A DNA stretch of 64,000 bases from Desulfatiglandales bacterium (GTDB taxonomy: Bacteria > Desulfobacterota > DSM-4660 > Desulfatiglandales > HGW-15). Position numbers and translations under genes: made by a program. A model generated the notes under the pieces. It saw nothing but the letters and a program-made list of their open reading frames with translations. It made no database searches and was not told the origin of the DNA. Position 1 is the first letter of the stretch; every line of letters begins with the position of its first letter. This document shows positions 33,481-41,502 of this stretch, one piece after another. The DNA lies in assembly GCA_963667015.2 (NCBI GenBank), contig CAXXJJ010000001.1, forward strand, positions 1,568,001-1,632,000, given 5' to 3'.

Positions 33481-33549
33481 ATTGAACATTGTTGATTGAT
33501 TTAAACTTGAAAAGGATGAAATCTCTCATAGAACAAAATTGCGGAAAAC
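33465..33549 (+). mobile_element. Degenerate, internally deleted remnant of a Y1-HUH/IR element
   Basis: 33465-33504 resembles the left end of the element at 33900 (20/25 in the IR plus similar flank); 33501-33549 is a 48/49 copy of transposase-internal 34617-34665. Confidence 0.7.
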
Positions 33550-33890
33550 CTGCAGCGTGAAAACCTGTCAGTTATAGAAACAATAGAAACTATTATCGAT
33601 CTGGTTGATTCGGAACTTTGCGGTGATGAGGCGCATGACAGTATGGGCTAATCCGCATTACTGCGTGTGAAGAATCTGCTTGCAAAACTGGCTTCAATAC
33701 GAAGGAGCAGTGACAGTGGATCTAATATTTCAGAAGAATTAAACCGCCTGTCCCATAAATTTATGGGACAGGTAGAAAATATCTTTAAAAAACTTCCCAA
33801 ATCATTGAAATAGCGATCTTTTAACGAAAATGACCTCCGGATTCTGATGGACACCTCAGAAATGAGGAAACGCAGGCTGAAGCAGTTTAC
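33541..33890 (+). pseudogene. ParB/Spo0J-family gene fragment
   Basis: Translates AENLQRENLSVIETIETIIDLVD...LSHKFMGQVE..; in-frame stops TAA 33649 and TAG 33811; no start. Confidence 0.7.
33747..33772. repeat. Perfect 26-bp loopless palindrome
   Basis: CCTGTCCCATAAA|TTTATGGGACAGG. Confidence 0.95.
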
Positions 33891-33911
33891 GGAAAAGCAC
33901 GGGGTCAGCCC

Positions 33912-33941
33912 TTGACATTGGACATTTTTAATTGATATAAC
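33912..33941 (+). promoter_or_regulatory. Sigma70-type promoter of transposase A with -35 inside the IR
   Basis: TTGACA 33912-33917, 18-nt spacer, extended -10 TGaTATAAC. Confidence 0.55.
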
Positions 33942-33976
33942 CTCCCATATCTAACCTAAGGTATGGGAGGTTTCTT

Positions 33977-34945
33977 ATGGCAAGAGCGTTAAGGGCAGAA
34001 TATGAAGGTGCTTTTTATCATGTGACCAGCCGCGGGAACGATCGTAGCCGGATTTTCTTTAATAAAACAGACTTCGAGAAGTTTAAAGCATACCTTTCAG
34101 AAGGCATTAATAAATTTGGATACAGACTCCATGCCTATGTACTGATGAGTAACCATTATCATCTTCTTTTAGAAACACCAAATGCCAACCTCAGCAAAAT
34201 TATGCACTACTTAAACAGCTCTTATACTACCTACATAAATAAAAAAAGAGACAGGAGCGGACATCTATTCCAGGGAAGGTTTAAGGCCATTCTAATTGAA
34301 AAAGACAGCTACCTGTTGGAACTTAGCAGATATATCCACCTTAATCCTGTCAAAGCCGGAATGGTTGAAAAACCGCAAGATTATTTTCATAGCAGTTATA
34401 CGTCGTATATCGAAGAAAAAGATAATGATATTGTCTGCAAAGAATTAGTCCTGAGCATGATGGCAAATAAAAAGAAGCAGGCTCTGTCACTTTACAGGTC
34501 TTTTGTAGAAGGGGCAGATCTAGATAAGCTGGCGAATCCTTTAAAGGATATTTATGGAGGTTTTATACTCGGGACAAAGGCATTTATTAAGCAAACTCTC
34601 GATTTTCTGGATGATATTAAACTTGAAAAGGATGAAACCTCTCATAGAACAAAATTGCGGAAAACAATTGAGCCGGAAGATGTTATTAAAGCTGTATCGA
34701 ATTATCTGTCCATACCTGCTGATGAGTTGCTTAATATGAAGGGAGAGGTAAGAGGCATGACAGTTTATTTTTTGAAGGGTTATACTGACATGTCAAATAA
34801 TGAGATTGGAAAATTATTGGGCGGATTAAGCTATTCTGCTGTAGCAAAAATAAAACAGAGATTTTTAAACAGCCCTTTAAAAGACAGCTCTTTAAATAAT
34901 AAAATTAAAAAGATTCATCAATCTCTGTCCAATGTCAAGGGCTGA
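33977..34945 (+). CDS. Y1 HUH transposase (IS200/RAYT-like) with C-terminal HTH
   Basis: YHVTSRGN, MSNHYHLL (HUH), GHLFQGRFKA, RYIHLNPV (catalytic Tyr), C-terminal EIG..LGGLSYSAV; stop TGA lies inside right IR. Confidence 0.9.
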   Translation: MARALRAEYEGAFYHVTSRGNDRSRIFFNKTDFEKFKAYLSEGINKFGYRLHAYVLMSNHYHLLLETPNANLSKIMHYLNSSYTTYINKKRDRSGHLFQGRFKAILIEKDSYLLELSRYIHLNPVKAGMVEKPQDYFHSSYTSYIEEKDNDIVCKELVLSMMANKKKQALSLYRSFVEGADLDKLANPLKDIYGGFILGTKAFIKQTLDFLDDIKLEKDETSHRTKLRKTIEPEDVIKAVSNYLSIPADELLNMKGEVRGMTVYFLKGYTDMSNNEIGKLLGGLSYSAVAKIKQRFLNSPLKDSSLNNKIKKIHQSLSNVKG

Positions 34946-34996
34946 CCCCGGTTTCTTTGGCTGTCCAATGTCAAGGGCTGACCCCGGTTTCTTTGG
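34925..34996 (+). repeat. Exact 36-bp tandem duplication of the right IR plus flank
   Basis: CTGTCCAATGTCAAGGGCTGACCCCGGTTTCTTTGG at 34925-34960 and 34961-34996. Confidence 0.95.
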
Positions 34997-35179
34997 ATGC
35001 AGGCACTATGCTCATTAAAAAAATAAGATAAGGTTGATCTATTTTTCAATTTGTGAAATATTACTGAACCGAAAACACAGTTATTAGATTTGAATACTTG
35101 AATTTCAGCGCAGTTTCGCCATGAAACTGTCCTTTTTTTGTATATTTAGAAACCTAATGAACACTTAAAAGGAGTAACT

Positions 35180-36196
35180 GTGAGTAAAAAACATTTCCTT
35201 TCATTCTGCATTATCGGTCTTTTTTTTGTTTTGCTGACGCAATGTTCTTCCGAATCTACCATTGAACTCCGTGTTGCACAGCCCTTTGCGCCAAAACACA
35301 TAGTGCAGACCAAGATTTTCGAACCGTGGGCAAAAAAAATTGAAGAGATGTCAGGAGGGAGGGTTAAGGTCACTATATTTTCCGGGGGTGCACTCGGGAA
35401 GGCTGCAGACCACTATAACCTGGCTGAAGAAGGTATAGCAGATATTACATATGCCCTCCAGGACTATACACCTGGCCGTTTTCCGCTTACTACCGTATTT
35501 GAACTTCCCTTTATGATCCCTTCCGCTGAAAAGACATCTGTTGCCATGTGGAAAACCTTTGAGGAGTTTCCCGAATTTCAGGAGGAGTATTCAAAAGTCA
35601 AAGTACTTGCCCTGTTTTGTCATCCATCGGGTCATTTTAATACAGTGAAAAAACCCATAAAAAATCTTGAAGATTTTCAGGGTATGAAATTCAGGACTGC
35701 CAGTCCCCATGTCACAAAGGCGCTCAAGGCATTTGGTGCGGTACCGGTCACAATGCCGATTTCTGAAAGTTATTCAGCACTTGAAAGAGGGGTTGTTGAT
35801 GGAACTGTCCTCGACTGGAATGGTTTGCATGTTTTTAAACTGGCCGAACTTCTTAAGTATTCCACTGAAACAGATTTCTATACAATGACCATGATGATAG
35901 TTATGAATAAAAGAAAATATGATTCTTTACCTGATGACATCAAAAAAATAATCGATCAGACGACAGGTCTTGTAATGTCCAGAGATGCAGGAAAAGTGTA
36001 TGATGAAATGAGACCGGTTGAGAAAGAGCAATGCCTTGAAAAGGGAATGCAGACAATTCAACTGCCTTCTGAAGACGTAAAAAAACTTAAGGCACTGACT
36101 ATGCCCTTAAGAGAAGAGTGGGTAGAGGAAATGAATAATAAAAATTTACCGGGAAAGGCAATACTTGATGCTGCTATCAGGCATATTGCTGAATAG
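35180..36196 (+). CDS. dctP: TRAP transporter substrate-binding protein
   Basis: Signal/lipoprotein N-terminus, PIKNLEDFQGMKFR, E.Y.ALERGVVDG. Confidence 0.9.
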   Translation: MSKKHFLSFCIIGLFFVLLTQCSSESTIELRVAQPFAPKHIVQTKIFEPWAKKIEEMSGGRVKVTIFSGGALGKAADHYNLAEEGIADITYALQDYTPGRFPLTTVFELPFMIPSAEKTSVAMWKTFEEFPEFQEEYSKVKVLALFCHPSGHFNTVKKPIKNLEDFQGMKFRTASPHVTKALKAFGAVPVTMPISESYSALERGVVDGTVLDWNGLHVFKLAELLKYSTETDFYTMTMMIVMNKRKYDSLPDDIKKIIDQTTGLVMSRDAGKVYDEMRPVEKEQCLEKGMQTIQLPSEDVKKLKALTMPLREEWVEEMNNKNLPGKAILDAAIRHIAE

Positions 36197-36208
36197 ATAA
36201 TGTAGAGC

Positions 36209-36721
36209 ATGAGTCTTACAAAACCATTACATTTTATTTTGAAAATACTTCAAAATTTAAGTACTTATCTTGCCTATGCAGGGGCTTTATCCCTTTTTGC
36301 CATGATGTGTCTTACTATCATGGACGTGGCAGGAAGGTATATCTTTAATAAGCCGGTCCTGGGAGCTTATGAACTTACAGAGTTTATGATTCTTATACTG
36401 ATCTTTTCCTTTCTAGGCTATACCCAAACCAAAAAATCCCACATATCTGTTGACCTTTTAATGATGATTATTCCTGAAAAACTTAAGATTTTTATTGAAA
36501 TATTTAATCACCTGGCCTGTCTGGCTATCATGATACTGATTGTCTGGATGGGTTTTGAAAAAGCCGTCGAAATGATGGGGACGAGTGAATCATCACCAAA
36601 TCTTGCTGTGCCAAGTTACCCCTTTGTTTTTTTTCTTGTCCTTGGCTGCGCTGTTTTGTGCATTGAATATATCAAGGATATTGTCTTTTTTTTGAAAAGC
36701 AAAAAGGGGGGCAGTAATTAA
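36209..36721 (+). CDS. dctQ: TRAP transporter small permease
   Basis: Four TM, DVAGRY.FN.P, HISVD. Confidence 0.9.
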   Translation: MSLTKPLHFILKILQNLSTYLAYAGALSLFAMMCLTIMDVAGRYIFNKPVLGAYELTEFMILILIFSFLGYTQTKKSHISVDLLMMIIPEKLKIFIEIFNHLACLAIMILIVWMGFEKAVEMMGTSESSPNLAVPSYPFVFFLVLGCAVLCIEYIKDIVFFLKSKKGGSN

Positions 36722-38019
36722 TGAGCCCCGAGATGACCGGTATAATAGGCATTCTTATCATGTTCCTGCTTCTGGCGCTAAGGATGTATATCGGTATAGC
36801 CATGTCTATTGTAGGGTTCCTGGGTCTGTGGTATTTAATCGGGTTTGATTCTGCAATGGGTATACTTGGAATTACACCACTGACAGAAGGATCTTCATAT
36901 ACACTGAGTGTTATACCTCTCTTTGTGCTAATGGGACAGTTTGCCTTTGTCTCCGGAATCAGTACAGACATATATAAAACGGTATATACCTGGATGGGAC
37001 ACCTGAAAGGCGGACTTGCCATGGCAACCATCCTTGCCTGTGCCGGTTTTGCCGCTATATGCGGTTCTTCCCTTGCAACAGGGGCAACGATGGGTATGAC
37101 GGCCATCCCCGAGATGAAAAAATACCGGTACGACAACCGGTTGTCCACAGGCTGCGTTGCCGCGGGCGGAACCCTGGGCATACTGATTCCGCCAAGCATA
37201 GGATTTATAATATATGGTCTCCTGACCGAGGTATCAATAGGCAAGCTTTTTATGGCAGGTTTTATCCCCGGGATAATGCTTGCTCTCCTTTTCATGTTAA
37301 CTGTCTTTATCCTGTGCGCAATAAACCCTAAAATGGGTCCAAGGGGAGACAATAATTCCTTCGCAGTAAAGATGAAATCTCTTTCAGGGACATGGGGAAT
37401 GCTGCTGCTTTTCATTATTGTTATGGGAGGCATATATATGGGTGTTTTTACACCTAATGAAGCAGCAGGAGTAGGGGCCTTTGGAGCTTTATTAATATCT
37501 GTTTTAAAAAGAAAAATGACCTGGAAAAAACTGGTGGAATGCCTGATGGAATCAGGCAGGACAACTGCCATGATCTTTCTTATTATTATCGGTGCAAATA
37601 TTTTTTCAACTTTTCTGGGTCTTGCCAGGCTTCCCATGGGCCTGGCAGATTTTGTAGCAGGACTTGCTCTTCCTGAGATAGTTATCCTTTATGCTATTAT
37701 TCTTGTTTTCATTCTTCTTGGCTGTGTAATGGACTGTTATGCGATCATGATCCTCACTGTCCCTATTATTTTTCCCGTGATTGAGACAATGAACTTTGAT
37801 CCCATATGGTTTGGCGTGCTCATGGTTATTGTCCTGGAAATGGGGCTTATAACTCCGCCGGTAGGATTAAATGTTTTTGTGCTTAAGAGTGCGGCCCCTG
37901 ATGTTCCTTTAACAGTAATTTTTAAAGGTATATGGCCTTTTCTCCTTTCTACACTGGCTGCCATAATTCTTCTTACAATTTTCCCTCAAATAGCCCTTTT
38001 CCTTCCATCTTTTATGTAA
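36721..38019 (+). CDS. dctM: TRAP transporter large permease
   Basis: GSS.AT, GTLGILIPPS, GLITPPVGLN. Confidence 0.9.
   Translation: MSPEMTGIIGILIMFLLLALRMYIGIAMSIVGFLGLWYLIGFDSAMGILGITPLTEGSSYTLSVIPLFVLMGQFAFVSGISTDIYKTVYTWMGHLKGGLAMATILACAGFAAICGSSLATGATMGMTAIPEMKKYRYDNRLSTGCVAAGGTLGILIPPSIGFIIYGLLTEVSIGKLFMAGFIPGIMLALLFMLTVFILCAINPKMGPRGDNNSFAVKMKSLSGTWGMLLLFIIVMGGIYMGVFTPNEAAGVGAFGALLISVLKRKMTWKKLVECLMESGRTTAMIFLIIIGANIFSTFLGLARLPMGLADFVAGLALPEIVILYAIILVFILLGCVMDCYAIMILTVPIIFPVIETMNFDPIWFGVLMVIVLEMGLITPPVGLNVFVLKSAAPDVPLTVIFKGIWPFLLSTLAAIILLTIFPQIALFLPSFM
37933..38019 (+). repeat. Direct repeat copy 1 (3' end of dctM)
   Basis: 87 bp, 86/87 identical to 41320-41406. Confidence 0.95.
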
Positions 38020-38084
38020 CAGTTTGAAAACCGAAGTAAGAGCTTCTCCAAAAAGCCTATAAGTTTAAGGCTGTTAGCCGGCTT

Positions 38085-38948
38085 TCAGTTTTCCTTTCTA
38101 CCTGTCTTTCTGGCAATGATCACATACCTGCTTGTAACACCCAGTATTTTCCTTTTCTGCATTGCTGCAACAACATTTGCCTGGAATCTTTCAGATGACA
38201 TTGGAGCCTGTATTATATGACTGACTTCCCATCCGGTGTTATCCAAAAATTTACAGTAATCGGTTATCAATATTGCTTCACTTCGGGATTCATTAATAGC
38301 AGGCGTTCCCTGGAAATCACGCCAGTCGGCATTTATTATGGCGAGCCTTGTACTCTTTTTACTGTTCTCATTTGCCAGTTTAAAAAACTCTTCAAGAAAC
38401 CTGAGATATTCTTCTCTGCTCATGTTTGATATACTGTTCTCTTCATACTCTTTAACTTTTTTGCTGAAATAGGGCGGATCAAAGATAATAAGATCCGGCT
38501 TTGTTTTCCCGTTAACCGGCCATTTAAGACTATTAATATCCCAGAAGTGATGTTCTATCTCAGGCCTTTCATCGATTCTATCAACCATATCAAAGCTCCA
38601 GCAGCGTCGGTTGAATGCAAGGCATTTATCAGAGACAACTCCGCCGCCGGCCATGGGATCCATAACAAGGTCTTTTTCCCTGGAAAAGAAATAAAGGATA
38701 TGAGCCACAAGCTGGGCAGGTATTCTACCGGGCCAGTCATCACCGAATCTCTTATCGCAATCGGTCCAGTACCAGTTATCCCAGGTTCTGATCCCCCACT
38801 TTAATTCACTGCATTTACCGAGGTCATTTTTCCCATCCAATTTAAGTGCCCAGACCAGAGATTCAGGCCAACCGTGCTTTTCAGCGGCTTGGGAGGCAGT
38901 AAAACCTTTTTTTAAATCGTTATTTACCGGATTTGGCAATATTGCCAA
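38085..38948 (-). CDS. Amino (N4/N6) DNA methyltransferase, probably 5'-truncated
   Basis: WPGRIP, DPMAGGG (SAM binding), FDPPY (catalytic); in-frame TAA just upstream and no clear RBS. Confidence 0.7.
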   Translation of the reverse strand: MAILPNPVNNDLKKGFTASQAAEKHGWPESLVWALKLDGKNDLGKCSELKWGIRTWDNWYWTDCDKRFGDDWPGRIPAQLVAHILYFFSREKDLVMDPMAGGGVVSDKCLAFNRRCWSFDMVDRIDERPEIEHHFWDINSLKWPVNGKTKPDLIIFDPPYFSKKVKEYEENSISNMSREEYLRFLEEFFKLANENSKKSTRLAIINADWRDFQGTPAINESRSEAILITDYCKFLDNTGWEVSHIIQAPMSSERFQANVVAAMQKRKILGVTSRYVIIARKTGRKEN

Positions 38949-38957
38949 ATCCGGTAA
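38924..38957. repeat. Perfect 34-bp loopless palindrome
   Basis: TTACCGGATTTGGCAAT|ATTGCCAAATCCGGTAA. Confidence 0.95.
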
Positions 38958-39087
38958 TTATGTTGTCAGTTTGTTTATGTTGTGAGAATTTAATTCATCT
39001 AGTTCATTATAAAATGCTTATAATCCTTATTATTCTTATAATTCAGGACTTGATTAGATATCATGCCCGTAGTATATAGCAAAGAAC

Positions 39088-40118
39088 GGGGTCAGACCTT
39101 CATTATTGACAAAACTGGAGGGTCATGATAGATGTTCTTTCATAAAAAAATATGAGGAAACCAATCATGGCCCGACCCTTAAGAATATCTTATCCGGGAG
39201 CTTTTTATCATGTAACTTCCAGAGGAAATGAACAAAAGGTTATATTTAAAAGTAAGAGGGACAGTGAGAAATTTCTTGAATACCTCGAATCGGCGGTTAA
39301 AAGATATGATGCAGTAATCCACGCCTATTGTCTGATGAGTAATCACTATCATCTTTTACTTGAAACACCCTCCGGAAACCTATCCAAAATAATGGCTCAT
39401 ATAAATGGTGCATATACCACCTATTTCAATGTAAAGCGTGACAGATTCGGGCACCTTTTTCAGGGGCGATATAAGGCAATCCTTATTGAAGCTGACGAGT
39501 ATGCCATGGAATTATCGAGATATATACATTTGAATCCTGTAAGAGCAAAAATAGTTGAGCTGCCAGAAGAATATGAGTGGTCAAGTTATTCATATTACAT
39601 TGGAAATAAAAAATATCCTGAATGGCTTAGGATCGATTTTATCCTTGGATATTTCGGCAAAAAACTTCCTGAAGCACAAAACAACTATAAGAAATTTGTA
39701 GGTGAAATGATTGATAAACAATATGAAAGCCCACTGAAAGATGTTGTAAGTTCAACATTATTGGGCACACAGGAATTCATTAACTTTATAAAAGATAAAT
39801 ATCTGTCAGGTCAAAAGGATGATAAAGATCTGCCGGCATTAAAAACCTTAAAGAGAGAAATATCTATAGATAATATCTCTGAAGAAGTAGATAAGGCTGT
39901 CAAAGAAGATAAAAAACTTTCAAGGAACATAAAGATATATCTATGTAGAAGACTTACTGGAAAAAGACTGGACGATATTGGTGCGCATTTTGAGATAGGA
40001 GGTTCCGGAGTTTGTCAGGCCAGCAAACGGATTGCCGGACAACTTAAGAAAGATAAGACTCTTGTTAAAACGCTAAAAAAAATTGAAGATAAACTGTCAA
40101 TAATGAAGGTCTGACCCC
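39088..40118 (+). mobile_element. Y1-HUH element B with perfect 24-bp terminal inverted repeats
   Basis: GGGGTCAGACCTTCATTATTGACA (39088-39111) and exact reverse complement (40095-40118). Confidence 0.9.
39167..40114 (+). CDS. Y1 HUH transposase (IS200/RAYT-like) with C-terminal HTH, paralog of 33977-34945
   Basis: MARPLR, YHVTSRGN, MSNHYHLL, GHLFQGRYKA, RYIHLNPV, WSSY; stop TGA inside right IR. Confidence 0.9.
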   Translation: MARPLRISYPGAFYHVTSRGNEQKVIFKSKRDSEKFLEYLESAVKRYDAVIHAYCLMSNHYHLLLETPSGNLSKIMAHINGAYTTYFNVKRDRFGHLFQGRYKAILIEADEYAMELSRYIHLNPVRAKIVELPEEYEWSSYSYYIGNKKYPEWLRIDFILGYFGKKLPEAQNNYKKFVGEMIDKQYESPLKDVVSSTLLGTQEFINFIKDKYLSGQKDDKDLPALKTLKREISIDNISEEVDKAVKEDKKLSRNIKIYLCRRLTGKRLDDIGAHFEIGGSGVCQASKRIAGQLKKDKTLVKTLKKIEDKLSIMKV

Positions 40119-40141
40119 TTTCGCTTTCACTTTCGCTTTCA
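40118..40141 (+). repeat. 12-bp tandem duplication abutting right IR of element B
   Basis: CTTTCGCTTTCA twice. Confidence 0.85.
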
Positions 40142-40251
40142 TTTTCCAAATTAATTTTTAGAGAATAACACTAGTAACCAAGTATTAACAACTAATGGTA
40201 TTTTATATAGTAGATGCTTTATTCCATAAACAGTGATTCTTGGAGGTTGTT

Positions 40252-41031
40252 ATGTGGAAAAAATTATATTTGCTTGTAAGTATTTTCATATTGATATTTT
40301 CATTTAGTGTTCAAGCCACGAAAAATAAATGGGATTTTAATAAAGATTCGTGGACTGAAATCATGAAGGCGTCCTATATCGGTGATATTAATGAAATAGA
40401 GAATTTGATCAAATCCGGAAAAGATGTAAATGAAAGAATATCTGGAGGGAATGTGTTCACGGCCTTAGATGTCGCTATAAGGGTACAAAATTATAAAGTT
40501 GTGAAATATCTTTTAAGGGAAGGTGCGAAAGTAGAAGTGCAAGGATCTTCTTTTGAACAGCCATTAATTATAGCGTCAAGAGGTAAAGATGCAGATATAG
40601 TTGATATATTGTTAAAATATGGTGCGGATATAAATAAAAATTTTAATGGATGGACGGCATTGAAGGAGGCAGCTTCTAGGGGTTCTTTAAAAGTGCTACA
40701 GACTCTTATAAATAATGGCGCATACCTAGAAAATCTAAATGTAAAAAAGGGTAATTCTCCGTTAGTGTTAGCTGTATATGATGGCTCTGTAGAGAAAGTG
40801 TCGGCATTATTAAATGCTGGAGCTAATCCATCGTATAAGAATAACCAAGGAGAAACAGCGTCTATAATTAATGAACAACTTCTTGAATGGAGTATAACAG
40901 AAAAGAGAGAAGATATGATCGAAAAAAGAGAAAAAATAAAAGATTTGCTCATTAACAGAGAAAAAGAAAAGAACGAGAAAAGAACGGGGTCAACCCTTGA
41001 CAGTGACATAATTAAGGACGCTTATCGCTAA
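40252..41031 (+). CDS. Secreted ankyrin-repeat protein
   Basis: GGAGG RBS, signal peptide, about five ankyrin repeats (TAL..A...LL..GA.VN); AT-rich. Confidence 0.85.
   Translation: MWKKLYLLVSIFILIFSFSVQATKNKWDFNKDSWTEIMKASYIGDINEIENLIKSGKDVNERISGGNVFTALDVAIRVQNYKVVKYLLREGAKVEVQGSSFEQPLIIASRGKDADIVDILLKYGADINKNFNGWTALKEAASRGSLKVLQTLINNGAYLENLNVKKGNSPLVLAVYDGSVEKVSALLNAGANPSYKNNQGETASIINEQLLEWSITEKREDMIEKREKIKDLLINREKEKNEKRTGSTLDSDIIKDAYR
40985..41008 (+). repeat. Orphan left-IR-like end of the Y1 element family
   Basis: CGGGGTCAACCCTTGACAGTGACA, similar to element A left IR and preceded by AAAGAAC like element B. Confidence 0.7.
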
Positions 41032-41032
41032 T

Positions 41033-41083
41033 AACACCAAGGCGGTTGAATGTTTTTTTATCTTTAACTGCCTTGGTGTTTTT
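41033..41083 (+). terminator. Intrinsic terminator after the ankyrin gene
   Basis: AACACCAAGGCGGTTGAA / TTTAACTGCCTTGGTGTT 18-bp stem (two G-U) followed by T run. Confidence 0.6.
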
Positions 41084-41319
41084 CGGGGCGGATGGCCGGG
41101 GGAAAAGGCTTGAGGACTTCTGATAATCATTCACCATTATGTAAGAGCGTGCAAAAACCGTGATTAGTTTTCTTTTTAACTGGCGCGGTTTTTTTGCTTA
41201 AGCGATTACATAATGTGGATTATCTGATGGCCTTCAGCCTGGCGGTGGCACAAGTTGGGATTTTCCAAAGTCCCATCATACCTTTTGTCCTAACATTTAT
41301 AATATTTGGCATATGTATC

Positions 41320-41406
41320 TGGCCTTTTCTCCTTTCTACACTGGCTGCCATAATTCTTCTTACAATTTTCCCTCAAATAGCGCTTTTCCTTCCATCTTTT
41401 ATGTAA
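41320..41406 (+). repeat. Direct repeat copy 2 (displaced 3' end of dctM)
   Basis: Encodes the same WPFLLSTLAAIILLTIFPQIALFLPSFM*; single synonymous difference. Confidence 0.95.
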
Positions 41407-41409
41407 ATC

Positions 41410-41477
41410 TTCCGAATATTTCTAAAAAAATTCCAAAATATTAATGAAGTTCTAAAGAAATTCCAAAAGCTTCCGAT
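41410..41477 (+). promoter_or_regulatory. Helically phased TTCYRA direct repeats
   Basis: TTCCGA/TTCTAA/TTCCAA at 41410, 41420, 41431, 41450, 41461, 41471. Confidence 0.55.
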
Positions 41478-41502
41478 AGTATTTAAAGGAGAGAAGAGGG
41501 CA

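Larger units (their letters stand above)
33900..34950 (+). mobile_element. Y1-HUH element A with perfect 25-bp terminal inverted repeats
   Basis: CGGGGTCAGCCCTTGACATTGGACA (33900-33924) and its exact reverse complement (34926-34950). Confidence 0.9.
38020..41319. mobile_element. 3.3-kb islet between duplicated dctM 3' ends
   Basis: Flanking 87-bp direct repeats; contains MTase remnant, Y1 element B and ankyrin gene; no integrase. Confidence 0.65.

Noticed and set aside
34925..34996. 36-bp repeat as a CRISPR array
   Set aside because: Only two abutting copies, no spacer, no cas genes; it is the transposase right IR
38085..38948. Restriction-modification system
   Set aside because: No endonuclease or specificity gene adjacent; MTase appears truncated
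38924..38957. Palindrome as protelomerase site or inverted assembly chimera
   Set aside because: No protelomerase in the window and flanks are not mirror images beyond 34 bp
41194..41406. 70-aa ORF as a real membrane protein
   Set aside because: Its C-terminal part is the duplicated dctM end; chimeric by-product of the repeat
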